NCBI GenBank assembly: GCA_001938485.1
Contig: MQRK01250900.1
Span: 1-62,425 of the forward strand
Length of the DNA stretch: 62,425 nucleotides
Direction: 5' to 3'
DNA from: Girardia tigrina
Lineage: Eukaryota
Position numbers and translations under genes: made by a program. Shown here one piece after another: positions 37,001 through 50,433 of the stretch (position 1 is the stretch's first letter; every line of letters starts with the position of its first letter). The notes under the pieces were generated by a model that saw only the letters and a program-made list of their open reading frames with translations, made no database searches and was not told where the DNA came from.

Positions 37001-38660
37001 TGTGTTATGAGCGCTTCTTTCCATGAGGGTGGTGCTGGGCTTCCTAATTCAAAAGCCTGTCTATTTAGTTTGTCCAAGAACCAGCGTGGGATATTGTTTA
37101 CTCTTTCTATCCCCTCCGCAACACAGTGAATATTTTTTATAAAGGTTGATAAAATTTTATGTCTATGAATCTTTTCTAGAGTTTTAATTGCGGAATCGCT
37201 AATTACTATTTTTTCAGCCGTTACGATGCTGGCAACTGCAGCAGATTGTTTTTTAATTTGGTCATGAATCAATTCGAAAGCGTGTTCAAAATTATCTCTA
37301 CTGACATGATCTGCTGCAAAAATTGGTGGTAGAAAAAATAGTGGTTTAGTCAAGTCAGATGCGACCGGTGTAATATGAATGAGGTCATCGCTATCATGAC
37401 CTGAATAATCCTCTTTCTGGTTAACTAAAGGTGTTTCAACGGTCTCAGAAGATTTATATAATATTACATCATTAGATAATAAAGTGTTATTTTCATTATT
37501 TTCAGCGGTATCGTGTTTCTCGTTAGAGTTTTCTATATTTTTAGTATTATTTTGTATAGTAATACGCAGCTCGTTAGAGACCGCACGGTCCACCCCAGTT
37601 GTTTCGGGTTCTACCGAGCGGAAATCCGTAGGGTTTCCGCGAGGAAAATTTTTTTCCATTTTTTTGAATTATTGTTATTATTTGATGATTTAAACAGATC
37701 TGAAAATGTTTGCTTTTTTTATTATTTTTAATTTTTCAATATTATTAATTTCATGATTATTAATTGATTTTTGGTTTTTCCAACCGCTACTGTTATAAAA
37801 TTTTTTTTATTTTTATTAATAGCTGTTGTCCAGCCATCGTCATCGTTAAAAATAATATTTTCTATGTAATTGTTAAATAGAATTTCAAAGATTATATTTC
37901 CAAATAATAGAAATAATGAATTAAGATTTCCATTATTTAATTCAATTATTTCATCGGAATTAAATTCCATATTGTAATTAGTTTTGAATTGTTTACTTTT
38001 GATAAATTTCATGAAGCATTTATCAAAGTATTCAATAAATAGCATTTTAAAAATTTTTTTGTTATTTTTGCTTTTAAAGAATATTTTCAATAATTCGTCA
38101 AATTTGATTAAAGAGTCATTTTTATTATCATTTTTTAAATTATCATTAAGAAAATTATTAAATATTGACAAATTAATATTTTCATTATCAATAAATTTAT
38201 TTAAATTTTTTATAAACGATTGATAGTTTAAAAACTGAAAAAAAAGATCATGAAAATTTTTGTTAATGAGGCTATTTATGTTCTTATTATTTAAAATAGT
38301 TAAATTATTACGATATTCTTCGTAAGAATCACTCAAACCGTCTATTTCCTTTGTTCCATTATCCGGTCGGTCGGTCATTCGGTTAGTCGGTCGATTTCTC
38401 CAGTTTCCCTTGGTCATGTCCACAAATCGGGGCACCAGTATAACCGCACGCGTTTGGACTTTCTGAAAAGTCTTCCATTCGGCATGGGTTCATTCCGACT
38501 CGTTCTCTGTTGTTTATTTTGTCAAACTTTATGGATTTTATAGTTGTATCCAGAAAATCTTCGGCCACCACATTTAATAATTCGATATTCTTATTATTAA
38601 AGTGGTTAACCGGCATTTTATTAATTATTTCGACCATTTCTTTAGTGAAAGGCGAAAAGA
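34085..38660 (-). mobile_element. Decayed non-LTR retrotransposon with restriction-like endonuclease (R2/NeSL-type)
   Basis: RT WRPIAL (about 36520), LAYADDIAL, FNPAK, YRYLGV, KGGLGL; zinc knuckle CRACGQDIETQIHVLCWC followed by RHNAI; long N-terminal ORFs 36610-38637. Confidence 0.88.
35511..35865. mobile_element. Palindromic LTR-PBS-inverted LTR insertion (355 bp)
   Basis: 170-bp arms with one mismatch; each arm contains a 165-bp TGT..ACA unit; centre ATCCCACTTCTGACACCA; 5-bp TSD GCTTG; excision restores the RT frame CLQA|MVSSVC. Confidence 0.9.
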
Positions 38661-38706
38661 CCTTGAGTGAAAGGCCTTCAAAAACAGGTTTCTAAATTCC
38701 ATGGAT

Positions 38707-38737
<31 letters not shown>

Positions 38738-40253
38738 CCTATATAGAAAGTAAGTTAATAAAAAGAATGGAAAAAACTGTGTTTGAATTGCCGTTTAGAA
38801 ATTATGTAAGGAAGAAAACACTGATGTAAATATACATCATCATGCATTTAAGGGTTAAACCATTTTTCCTCTAGTTTTATTGGTTAATTTCTCTTATTAC
38901 TCTATCGAAGTAGTGAATATTTTTTTTAAATTCTGTTGTCTGATGTAAAGTATAATTAATATGTAGATAAAGTATAATTATTATACATAAGTCAATTGAC
39001 TGTGAAATTCCATCGCATTAAATGTGTATTGATTTAACCTATGATTGTCTTTTATTCTAATAAAATTGATGTATTTGCAATGAATTCACTAAATGGTTTA
39101 TCTCATAATTAAAATAAAAAATATTTTGATTTAAAACGATAAATGTCATGGGTATCGTACATTGGATATACAAATCGTTATGTTGAGTATAGTATTTAAA
39201 TAGTAATTAATAAAAACATTTCATAAAATTTCTATTTTAATTAATTGAAGTTAAATAGTAATATTTACTTTTTATCATATTAAATATATGAATTATATAA
39301 ATAATCAAGTAAAATTGATTAAAGAATATAAGTAATAAAGATAAAGAAATAAGAGATTTATGGGAAGGAAATAAATATACGTAATAAAATTTTAAATAAA
39401 GAGAATAAAAAATTGAATTGACAGATATAAAAGGAAGAAGATTTTTAAAGGAAGGAGACACAAGAATTTTCAAAAATGGTCAAGATGAACCTAATTAAGA
39501 AACTCAAGAAATTATTAATTATATATTGAGAAAGAAGAATTTTAAGAATTTGAAAGGTCAAAAATCGAGCCTAAAAGTGCAATTATTGTTTATCGAATAG
39601 TTGCATAAACTATCTCTCGCGGAGATAAATAAATAAATTCAAGAGAGTTATAAAAACTCGTGATTGATTCGTAACAACCAGTCGAGCTTAAATTATACAG
39701 ACAGTGAAAATCGTCAATCATCAGTTAATAAAGTACGAATATATATAACCTATATATCTCGTTTAATATATTTTTATATATTTCTAAAATATATTCTAAG
39801 CAAGCGAAATATCGTTTCCTCAATTACCCAAAATCCAAAATCAATAGGTTTAATTTCCTTTTAAATATTTCAACTTTGACTTATTAATTTTACATTTGTG
39901 CATAATAAATAAATATTTAAAAACAATATAAATCTTATTCTTTTGATTTCTGTTTTATAAAGATCGTTCCGATAACCCAACAGTTATCTCAAAACCCGAA
40001 TTAGTGATCATTTTCTGTCGCCTTAATCGAGTGAGATACCTGACCACTAATTGTGTTGTAATAGTGGAACCTGAACCACTTCAAAGAAAGACTTATATTT
40101 TGCAAAAAAGTTTCAATTCAACTTACGAATTGCATTTATGTGAATCACCGTTGATTAAATATTACAACCAATTAATTAATATTCAAAATAGACAAACTAT
40201 GATCTCAATTTTTAAAATGTTTCCAACTATGATCCAATACTATTTGACTTTAA

Positions 40254-42715
40254 CCCTAGAAAGATAAACTTATTTTTTTGTACAGAAAAGATAAACAGGC
40301 GCCTCAGAGGCGCAAAATTTTAAATACCAATTTATTTAAATATTAAAATAAAAAAACTTATTTTTTATATATCAATTAAATGTTACATTATTATTAAATA
40401 AATAAAACACAAATAGGTATTATTATTTGTTTATTTTAGGGAATCATGTTCAATTTTCAAAAAAGTAACAAAAATTATAAATTTTTATAGTACTAACAAT
40501 TTTTAAGCATTTTTTTAAGAATAGCTAACTTTTTATAACATTTTGTCTTACTAACTAATAAGTTACAATATAATCAGTCTCAAATCACAAAAAATACTGA
40601 AAAAATCACGAGTTATAAAAATTTGTTGCAAACATCTTTTTTATGTTCGCCACATACGGTTTTTTTACATTTCGTACAAGTCATCTTAGACATTCTCTTT
40701 TTTTTTGTTGTACAAATGCTACAATAACGCCGCACTTTAGTTGGAGGTTCTTCATCAGCTTCTTGAGGAAGTTCTAGATTAGCCTGTGGTAGGATCTTCT
40801 CTATATTTTCTCTCAAACTTNNNNNNNNNNNNNNNNNNNNNNNNNNNNNNNNNNNNNNNNNNNNNNNNNNNNNNNNNNNNNNNNNNNNNNNNNNNNNNNN
40901 NNNNNNNNNNNNTTTTTCTTGTTTTGACAAAATATTGTGAGTGTAAATTATATAAGAATTGACAAAAGCTATATTTAACATGCCATAAAACATTGTCATC
41001 GGCCATCTGTTAGTTTTCCTAGAACAAGACATCGAAGAACACATCTGATCAAAAGCATCGACGCCGACTTTAGTCTGGTTGTAGAACATAATGATCTCAG
41101 GTTTACCAGTTGTTAAATTTATTGCAGCATCTTCATCACACGATGATAGCATATACACCATCTTTGAAGGCTTCGGCTTGTATGATGCTAGGGTCAAAGG
41201 TCCATCAAAACAGAACATAGATGTACCAACAGGTCGAGAACGACTGTTTTTCAATTCTTCAGGAATTTCCCGTTTGTTTGACCGAACAGTACCCATAACT
41301 GTCTATTTATACGGTTCCAGAAGTAATGACTTAGCAGCAGGGATAGATGTGAACCAATTGTCGCATGTAATATTGCGGTTGGAACCATGAACTGGCTGAG
41401 ATAACTCCTTCAAGTAATATTTTCCTTGCGGCAAACCATTTGTATTTGTAGCTTTTCCAATGTATGGCAAAGCATTTATCATATAATTGGTCCCACTATC
41501 GCACATCATTGGAATCTTTATACCATATTTATTTGGTTTGTTTGGTATATACATCCTAAATGGACATCTACCACGAAATCCAAGTAATTGTTCATCAATA
41601 TTCACATTACTTCCAGGGGAATAATTCATTTTGCATTGAGCTATAAACATGTCCCAAACCTTTCTAATTGGAATAAATGGATCTTTCTGGCGACGATTTG
41701 GACGTAAAGTTTTGTCATCCATTCTGAAACCTGACAATAAAGTCAAACCTATCTCTACTCATTACTGCCACATATCTTGAGCCCGTAAATGAACGGCCAA
41801 ACAGCTCAACTGTTGATAAATGATTATCTTTCATCGCAGCGCTAAGAGTAAGCAGTCCTGTGAAAGCTTCGATTTCAGTGGCATTTGTGTCTGCAAATGT
41901 CAAACCAGTCATAGTATCAGAACGTTTTTTCAATATCTCTACATTGGTCCACTGAACAATTTCTTGAATGATTTCTTCCGTAATAAATAATTGTAAGCAT
42001 CCAAGTGGTTCAAAAACGTTTCTACACATACGACTAGGACCACTATTAGAGCGAACTATATTGATCGCAGCTGTTCTGCCACTACTTTGCCCTTTAGAAG
42101 TAGCCCAAACATGGCTGTTCTTACCTCTGATCACTCTTTGCGGCGGGATTACTATGCGGTGGTCATGTCTTAGATTTTCAGAAGTTGTTGAGGTATCATT
42201 CAGGCTTTCTTCGATAACTTCGTCTATGTATTCGTCTTCGGAATCACTCTGAACGTTATCTTCACTTACATGGTCCTCCGTCTCGCTGTTACTGCCATCC
42301 TCGGTCTCTTCATCTTCCTCGATCAAAAAAGAAGCAATTTCGCTTTCTTCCAACCGTTTTCTGTACGCCATGATGTTAAAACGTTCCTAAAAACCATTAA
42401 AATTTATTTAGTAATAATAAAATATCTTTATATATTTACCATAAATACGTAATAATAGGTAAAAAGTAAAAAAAACAAAATCACTAATAAATGTGTAAAA
42501 GTTACAGAGTAGATAAACATGCGCCTCTCGAGTGCAACGCAATGTCATAGCGGCGAAACTAAAGTACTTACCGGATAGCAGCGGTCGTCCCTCTGGCCTG
42601 TTGACCGACGACTGAGTTGGCTCGAAAACACAAGCGTAAACTCGCGCGGGTTAGAAAAAGACAGCGATATATCTGTTTCGCGGGCGCCTCTGAGGCGCAG
42701 TTTATCTTTCTAGGG
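40254..42715 (-). mobile_element. Full-length piggyBac transposon (T. ni type), transposase frameshifted (42371-40613)
   Basis: TTAA TSDs; TIR CCCTAGAAAGATA; internal repeat GCGCCTC(A/T)GAGGCGC; IDEQLLGFRGRCPFRMYIPNKPNKYGIK, TCDNWFTS, VDAFDQ, C-terminal cysteine-rich domain. Confidence 0.97.
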
Positions 42716-43776
42716 TTAATAAATTTGATTTTTAATAAATAATAATTATCAAAGGCTTTGAAGACGCAAAACTTGGTCTTGTCTTGTCCATGTATTTTTC
42801 AACTTTATTGTGTCATCTTACTAATACTATTATATACTATGAAACTGAGTAATGTATATAAATCCTACAAAATTTTAAGAAATAAAATTTAAATGAGTTT
42901 TAAAATAATAAGAAATTAGTCTTATAAAAATTCAGACACCGTTCAAATTATTTATTGGAAATTATTGTTGAGTGAAGATATAATTTTTTTAATTGTTTGT
43001 TTTGTCTCATCATGACTGGTGCATCCATCGAAATTAATTAATTCTTTTAAGAATAGATAATTTGTATCATGTATGAATTTTTATTCTATTATTTATATTA
43101 ACTTACTTTCTAGGAATTTAGAAACCTATTTTTGAAAGCTTTTTACTCAATCAATTTTCTCCAAATTTTGCACATTTACTCATTTTCGATGACAATAAAT
43201 TATTATGTGAAAATTTGATCAAAAAAACGTTTTATGGTCCCAAAATGGGAAAAACGGAAAATTCAGAGTTCCAGAACAATATTAATTGTAAAAGATTTAC
43301 TTATAAATTATAAGTAGTTTATATTAATTTTTTATTATGTTTTTTAAAATATTTTTTCAATTAAAACTTTGTTGGCAAAGTAGAGTTCTGTTTGCATAAA
43401 GAATGGATATAAAAAAATATGTTTTTTGATTTACTAGTTAAATGAAACTTAATTTACTTTTTTTCTGACAAAAGAAACTTAGTAGCAAAATCTGTATTAA
43501 CATGTTTCAATAAATAATGTTTACTCCTCATTATTGCTTAGAAAAACTTTGATAATATATCATGTTTAAATATTTAACTTTCTGAATAAATTTTAGTAAA
43601 TATCTTCAATTGAATAAAACAATATTAACATAAAAATTAAAATATTACCATTTCGAAATTCAAAGGTAAAATATTGTTGAAAAATTCAGTATTATTTATG
43701 GTAAATAAAGATATTTCAATTCCGATAGGGTTTTACTTATAAATTTTTTTAATAAATAACAAAATATTAATTTTAG

Positions 43777-44370
43777 GTCATTAAAGGAAATCATGGCTTT
43801 GAATGTAAAAAACAATGCCTGACCGTACTGTTACAACTGATAATATATCAAATAGCTCGAGAATATTTTGTTAATGGTGGAGGACTAGAAGGTTTGCTAC
43901 CGTTATTGAGACCACCAAGTACTCCGGATACAGCAAAGGTTGTTGTTCAGGTATAAGCTATATTATTAGTTAAAATGACATAAAACATTAGCTGAAATTC
44001 ATTTAAATGTTCTAATCATTCTAGAGTAGATTTTTGTCAGATTTTCTGTTTAATCGCTTTTAATATTTAAAAATTTTTAAATCTAAATAATTTTCTTTTC
44101 CAGATACTGGATATTTTAATAATCGAACCGGATGGATTTTCAGAAAAGGTTTTCCATTCTGGAGTAATAAGCGATATGAATAAAATCTTTGAATGGTCTG
44201 CTAATTTTATTGAAGAAAAATACAAGAAATATAATTCTGAATTTGAAGAGAAAAATGAAGAAAACGGAAATATGGCCGATGATTCAGAACCTAATAATGA
44301 AGTATATTCAAATTGGTACAGATCAGATTTATTAAAAGAAATATGTCAGGTGTTAGGAAATCTTTCTGAG
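43777..44370 (+). CDS. ANKAR: ANKAR-like gene exons 43777-43950 and 44104-44370
   Basis: Open, phase-0 GT-AG exons; ARM-like FVNGGGLEGLLPLL and ICQVLGNLSE. Confidence 0.75.
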
Positions 44371-44565
44371 GTTTGTTTATTGAAATTATTTTAAAGAATA
44401 AATTTTACTTCTATATATTGTTTATAAAAACAATCATTTAAAATTTAAAATCTGATACCGCATCCGGTCAAAATAATGATAGTAACTACGCTATTCAAAA
44501 TAGTCACAGTTCGAAAAAGTACTATTCACAATACCATACTATAAACACTAATGAACAATTAAGAA

Positions 44566-44833
44566 ACATTAATTTCCAAGTTATAATCGATTGATTGTTG
44601 TAAATATTTTTTGGTTTGGACAACATTAATTCTTTTATTTGTGGCTAAATATATTCTGTCTCTTAAAATTTGAACTTAATTTACTCGTTAAAGAGATTAC
44701 ATTAATTTCCAAGTTATAATCGATTGCTTGTTGTAAATATTTTTTGGTTTGGACAACATTAATTCTTTTATTTGTGGCTAAATATATTCTGTCTCTTAAA
44801 ATTTGAACTTAATTTACTCGTTAAAGAGATTAC
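44566..44833. repeat. Tandem duplication, period about 133 bp x 2
   Basis: Near-identical copies starting acattaatttccaagttataatcg. Confidence 0.9.
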
Positions 44834-45099
44834 TCTTATTGTAACACCTCAATAAATCTAGAGATGGTTGCGTGTAATATTTTTATTGACCCTTGGTAGG
44901 CATCGTCGCTTCAGCTTTAAAGGTGGTTGTTTGTATGAGGAAGTCCTAGTTCTTGACTTGTTCTTGCACTTCACATTTCTATCGGGAATAATTGGGTTCT
45001 TCACATCTCTCGGTTTCTTCTATCTCGTTAATTGTCTTCTAAATAATTTAGTAAAAACGTTTGTTCTTAGGGTTTTTGCAACTAGTTAGTTACAAGTTT

Positions 45100-45300
45100 C
45101 ATTTTGTTCGTTTGTTGGAAAAAAGGCTAATTTAAGGGATGTTATTTTGATATGCGGAAATTTTCGTTTAACATATAATGTATTTAATCTTTCATTCTGT
45201 ATTTTTCTCCAAATCGATTGTCCCAAATGTAAATAACAACCATAAATGCATCTTTCAAGGAATTCTTAATAGCATTTTTCGAAATTAATTCAGTCTATTT
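45100..45300 (-). mobile_element. MULE transposase remnant
   Basis: GCYLHLGQSIWRKIQNERL (CxxH motif) by manual translation. Confidence 0.6.
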
Positions 45301-47885
45301 GAATTATTCTAGTAGAAATTTCATGTTATAAAGACATGATTTGTCTTCACATTTCACATTAGGATGAATGTTGCTTATTTGAAAGTGGAGCAAACAAATT
45401 GAAAAATACAGTGTCGTATTATTTATGTATTATATATTATATATTTATGTCGTATTATTATGTATTTGAAACACTTGATAAAATTGTGTTGAAGACCCTT
45501 TGATGAGCTCATTAGATATCCCATGCTTGAATTCAAGTAATTGTTTGAAATATTGATCTTTACTGTATAATCATCACATTGACAGCTTTCATAAATTTCG
45601 AATTTAAACGAATCACAAATTTTATAGGACATGTAAGGACTGAAGAACATTTGCAGTCAGTCTTTCCTTTTCATCTAATAATCTGAAGAAGATTCATCAC
45701 AGAATTTATAACTAAGGAAATTTTCTCATTAATACAAGTAATGATATCCTTTATAATTCTTTGAGTTCTATTACGTACTCTAATATCATTTATTTTTATA
45801 AGATTTTCATTTTTACAAACTTCCATATTTTTGAAGATTTACATATGTACCTGATCTCCAAATTAAAAACATAAATATAATACTATATAATATAATATAT
45901 TTATTTATCTCCATTTGACTATTGTTGATCGTATTTTATATCTTTAAGATATTACTTACTTGAAATTGATTTTTTTCCAAAATTTTTATTTGTTTAAGAA
46001 ATTCCATAACTATAGAAACCTCAAATTGACAAAAAATTAAATTTTTTTTAAGAAAAAACTAAATTTTAAAATTAAAATTACAATAAAAATTGATTATGGT
46101 TTGAGATTAAAAAACTTTAATAATAATAAACAAATAAAATTATTAATATTTACTTTCTATTGAAGAGTGAAGAAGATAAAGTTTTCTTATAACCGACTCT
46201 AGTTCTGACCACATGTGGACTGTCTGACTCCACACCCTTCAATTGAAATAAAATTTGTATTTTTTTAATAATAAATATGAAAAGAAAAAATGAAAGTACT
46301 TTTTACAATTGGAAAATTTTGAGATTTATTTATCGCTAATTGTTTTGTTTATGGCTGGAGAGTGAATTTTGAACGCTATAAATATTGAATTGAATTAATT
46401 TATTATGAATAATAAATTTTGCGAATCTAAATCAAGTTATTTTGTTTATTTTGGTATGCAAATGAATTTAATTAAATTTAATTTAATTCTTCAAATATGC
46501 TGACTGTTATCCATTTAAAATAAAATTACTAATTCCGATTCTAAGATTTTATTAATTAACAAAATATCCATAATCTCGACTGTTTAATGGGGAAAATAGT
46601 GATGTTATAATGACTCACATTTTCAAAGCCTTTTCATTGGTTTACACTCTCAAACACACACATACTATCAACATACATTCAACATGAGACAAGTAACCCA
46701 TTTTATTGTATCATCACAACTGACTTTACACAATCAATTTCATCAGCAATCACACATTAATTATTACTTAATTAATCTTAGTTATTTCTGTTAGTGACGA
46801 AAATATTTATTATGTAACTATTCAGTACTGATGATCTGTTAAATGGATTAAGTAAAAGTGGATTATTATATCTTGAAATTTAATATAAATTTCATTAAGC
46901 ACTATTTTGTTTGGAATCCATCAATTTTCGTCTTGTTATTTAATTTTATTTTTAATTACTTATTCTAAATTTAACATTTGAATCTAAAGAAAATTATATA
47001 AATAACGGCATTCAAGAATATAAGATTCTTCTAAATATTGTTTAATAATAGTTAAACGAACAAAATTAAGTATTTTTTGTAAAAAAGTATTTTTAAACTG
47101 TCCTAAGACTTGATAATTAAAAAGTTCCTGGAGTTTCTTAATATTAACATTTATTTAATTAATTTGCACTTAAAATAATTGAGAGGAAATGAAATAGTTC
47201 ACAAAACATTATGAAATAAAAATGAACGTTAGCGGTAACTCAACAAAGTAGGTAGTGCCAGTATCATTCTACAGATTTGCAAATAATTGGGACAGTAACA
47301 GCTCGGACAATGAGTTGTTGTTTCAATAAATAATTGAATGCCCAGACTGTATTGTATCTTTTGTTATTTGTCTTTCCATATCAACCAAACTCATGGCAAC
47401 GTTCAGATAGAAATGAAATTATCAAAAGACAAATTAAATTTACAATAGACAAATAATACATAGGTTTGGATTAGAAAATTTTGGATTAATGACGAGAAGA
47501 TATTTTTAATATATCTAACAATATTTTCAGAACTTTCCTTTATAGTATTATTAATAATTATTTTTAATCAATTTAGATTAGTTATTTCCAGCAGTTAGAA
47601 AATATTTTTATTAAAGTTTCCTTTTCTAATTTAAAAAATTGGTTCAAAATAAGCTGTTTTAGTGTTATTTTTCTGTTAAAACTATTGATTATTTGGTATT
47701 TTTGACGGGGTACAAAATCTCTTCAATATTATTAGTTCATTAGTATGAAATGTATAGATCTGATTAAAAAACTGTTAGGGTTCTGAAAAAATACATGTGA
47801 ACACTTTTGATAAAATTTTATAAAGGAAAATTTTTAAATAATTCTTTTAATAAAATTATTAATTTCAAATAAAATAATATTTAGT

Positions 47886-49007
47886 TTAACAAAACACCAT
47901 AATAGAAGCACCACCGAAATTCATCTTAGAAAAAAACAGAGGATCCTTTCGTAAATCCCGCCAATAACTGATAAACCCATTTGGACCATCCAGATTAAAT
48001 TTTTTCTCATCTAAGAATATAATCTGTATAAAAATAATGACGACTAAAATAAGATATTTTGTTGCAATCTGTAATAATATCAATAACTTACATGTTCCCA
48101 ATTTCTTTGCATATTATTACGACAAAAATCCAACCTTGCTTGCTTGTGTATTTTTGTTAGAGATGGCGCGACTAGCATTTTTTGATGAGTGATGTTTTGA
48201 TATGTTGAATCGATCGAAGAATTGTCGTTTGATGAACATTTACTCCAAGAGTTGATTTGATTTCTTTACAAGTAACTGTAGAATTGGATGCCATTCGAGA
48301 AATTCACTTTTCAACTCGCTTTGTTAGCCTTTTCTTGCTACCCATGCGCTTTTTTTCAATAGACGGTATGACTTTTTAAATAATTCATGATAACATGATG
48401 TGAACGATTCAGTAGCCTTGCGACAGCTCGTATTCCTATTCCGTCTCTGTGAAATGCATTGATTTGCCATTCCTCATATTCACTCAATTGAGTTCCGCGC
48501 GGCATTTTCTTAAAATATTAAAATAGTTCAGTGTGTAAAAGACAAATATATATTGGTACACACACAATCCACACAAACACCCATATTTATTATTGAAGTC
48601 AATAAAAAAGAGCCCATTATCATGATACAACGGTAAATAATGTTGACATACACACAGTTTATATTTTTAGTAACAGGCGTCATTCAGTTTACGGTGTTTT
48701 ATTATTTTTAGTAATCAGAAACATTGATTGAATGAATAGCAGTAGAGACTAGTCATCAAAACTTTCTTATATTTATATTTACTTGTGGATTAAGTGTCAG
48801 CGAAACAGGGGGTTCTATAATTTTGTACACTCATTTTTTTTATCATTTTACCTTATAACTTTTTTCATACAAACAAGAACTATATAAGAATTAATATTTA
48901 AATGTATTTTAATATGCTTCAAATTCTGAATGTACTGTTAAATTCGTTTGATTGCAATTAGTATTAAATATTGAAAAAACTATGGTGGTTCTATAATTAT
49001 GCACATC

Positions 49008-49010
<3 letters not shown>
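47886..49010 (-). mobile_element. Tc1/Tc3-like transposon, 5' half
   Basis: Start MPRGTQLSEYE (about 48505); IIFLDEKKFNLDGPNG...YWRDLRK...FGGASIMV; repeated GGTTCTATAATT motif in the terminal region. Confidence 0.85.
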
Positions 49011-49068
<58 letters not shown>

Positions 49069-49202
49069 NNNNNNNNNNNNNNNNNNNNNNNNNNNNNNNN
49101 NNNNNNNNNNNNNNNNNNTATATATATATATTGTAGGAATATAGTAGTTAAATCCGTTAAATATTGTGATTATTCTATTAGTAAATATGAACTTTTGTTT
49201 AG

Positions 49203-49709
49203 ATTCATCAAGCATACCAAAGTAGTATTGGAAGAGAGCCAGGATGCTTCACGAAATTAAGTATTTTATTCAAAGAAAATGAAAATAGAGCATTCCTTAT
49301 TGAATTGATAAACTGTGTAAAGAAATTAGCCTATGAAAATTTGACAAATCAGTTGGCATTCATGAAAGTGGATATAGATGATTCTATAATAAATTTGACG
49401 AGAGTTAAGGTATATCGAATACACATACCATTTCATTTTATTACCTTTTAAATTTAGGACCAAACAATCCGTTTAGCTGCAGTTGATGCTTTAATAAGTT
49501 TAGCTAAAGATAATGCAGAATATCAAAGTCAATTAATGAATAAAAATGCTCACAAGCCACTTTTAAATATGCTAAAGAAATCAGGCAGAAATGTACTTAT
49601 CAATGAGAAAGCTTCAACGGCTCTTTGGTCTCTTGCAGGAAAAACCAGAGATAGTAAAGCAGAAATGGCAAATTTAATTGGTGTGGATCTATTACTTGAC
49701 TTTTTACAA
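49203..49709 (+). CDS. ANKAR: ANKAR-like gene exons 49203-49409 and 49458-49709
   Basis: ARM repeats LAYENLTNQ, LAKDNAEYQ, EKASTALWSLAG; 48-nt GT-AG intron. Confidence 0.85.
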
Positions 49710-50433
49710 GTAACATTTTTAATATTAAATAATTATTTTTATTTTTATTTACTACTATATTCCCTCAATGTGAAGTTGATTTGAATGTTATGAGTCAGAT
49801 TCATTTAAGACAGTGATTTATTACATCGTAAATTAAAATTATCTAAACCAGAATAATAGAAGATTATTCAGTTGAAGAATTAAGAGCATCAAATAAGAGA
49901 AGACTTTTAGAACTGTTGGAAAATCTGTGTATTTGGCAGAAATTATTAAAGATAACTATATTATGTTATTCTATATGATTAATGAATTGTAATTAATAAA
50001 TTAAAAACAGTTATTATGACATTACTGTTGAATTTTCAACAGGAAACACTAATAAACCTTTACTAACAGTAAACACAACAGGCTATTAAAGACCATTCAA
50101 TGGTAAAGTAGATCGACTTATTATTAAATGTAATGCTAATTAAAGTAGACTTATAAAAATCTATCTTAAAAATCTTTCGTCAATTTAGCAAATAAACTCT
50201 GGTTATTGTCTAATGAGTTTAGTTACGAGCATACGAAAATTATCGCAACCTCATTGTTAATTTATTATTTATAAATATTCCAAAATAAATATCTTTTAAT
50301 TTTATTTGTTCAACTATCAAGTATAATCATTTTCAACTTCTAATGCATACAGATTTACTTCGTCATTTGTGGTGCTATTAAATGGATCTTAAAAGTACAA
50401 ATAATATACTTTTTTTCATTTTATAAATGATTG

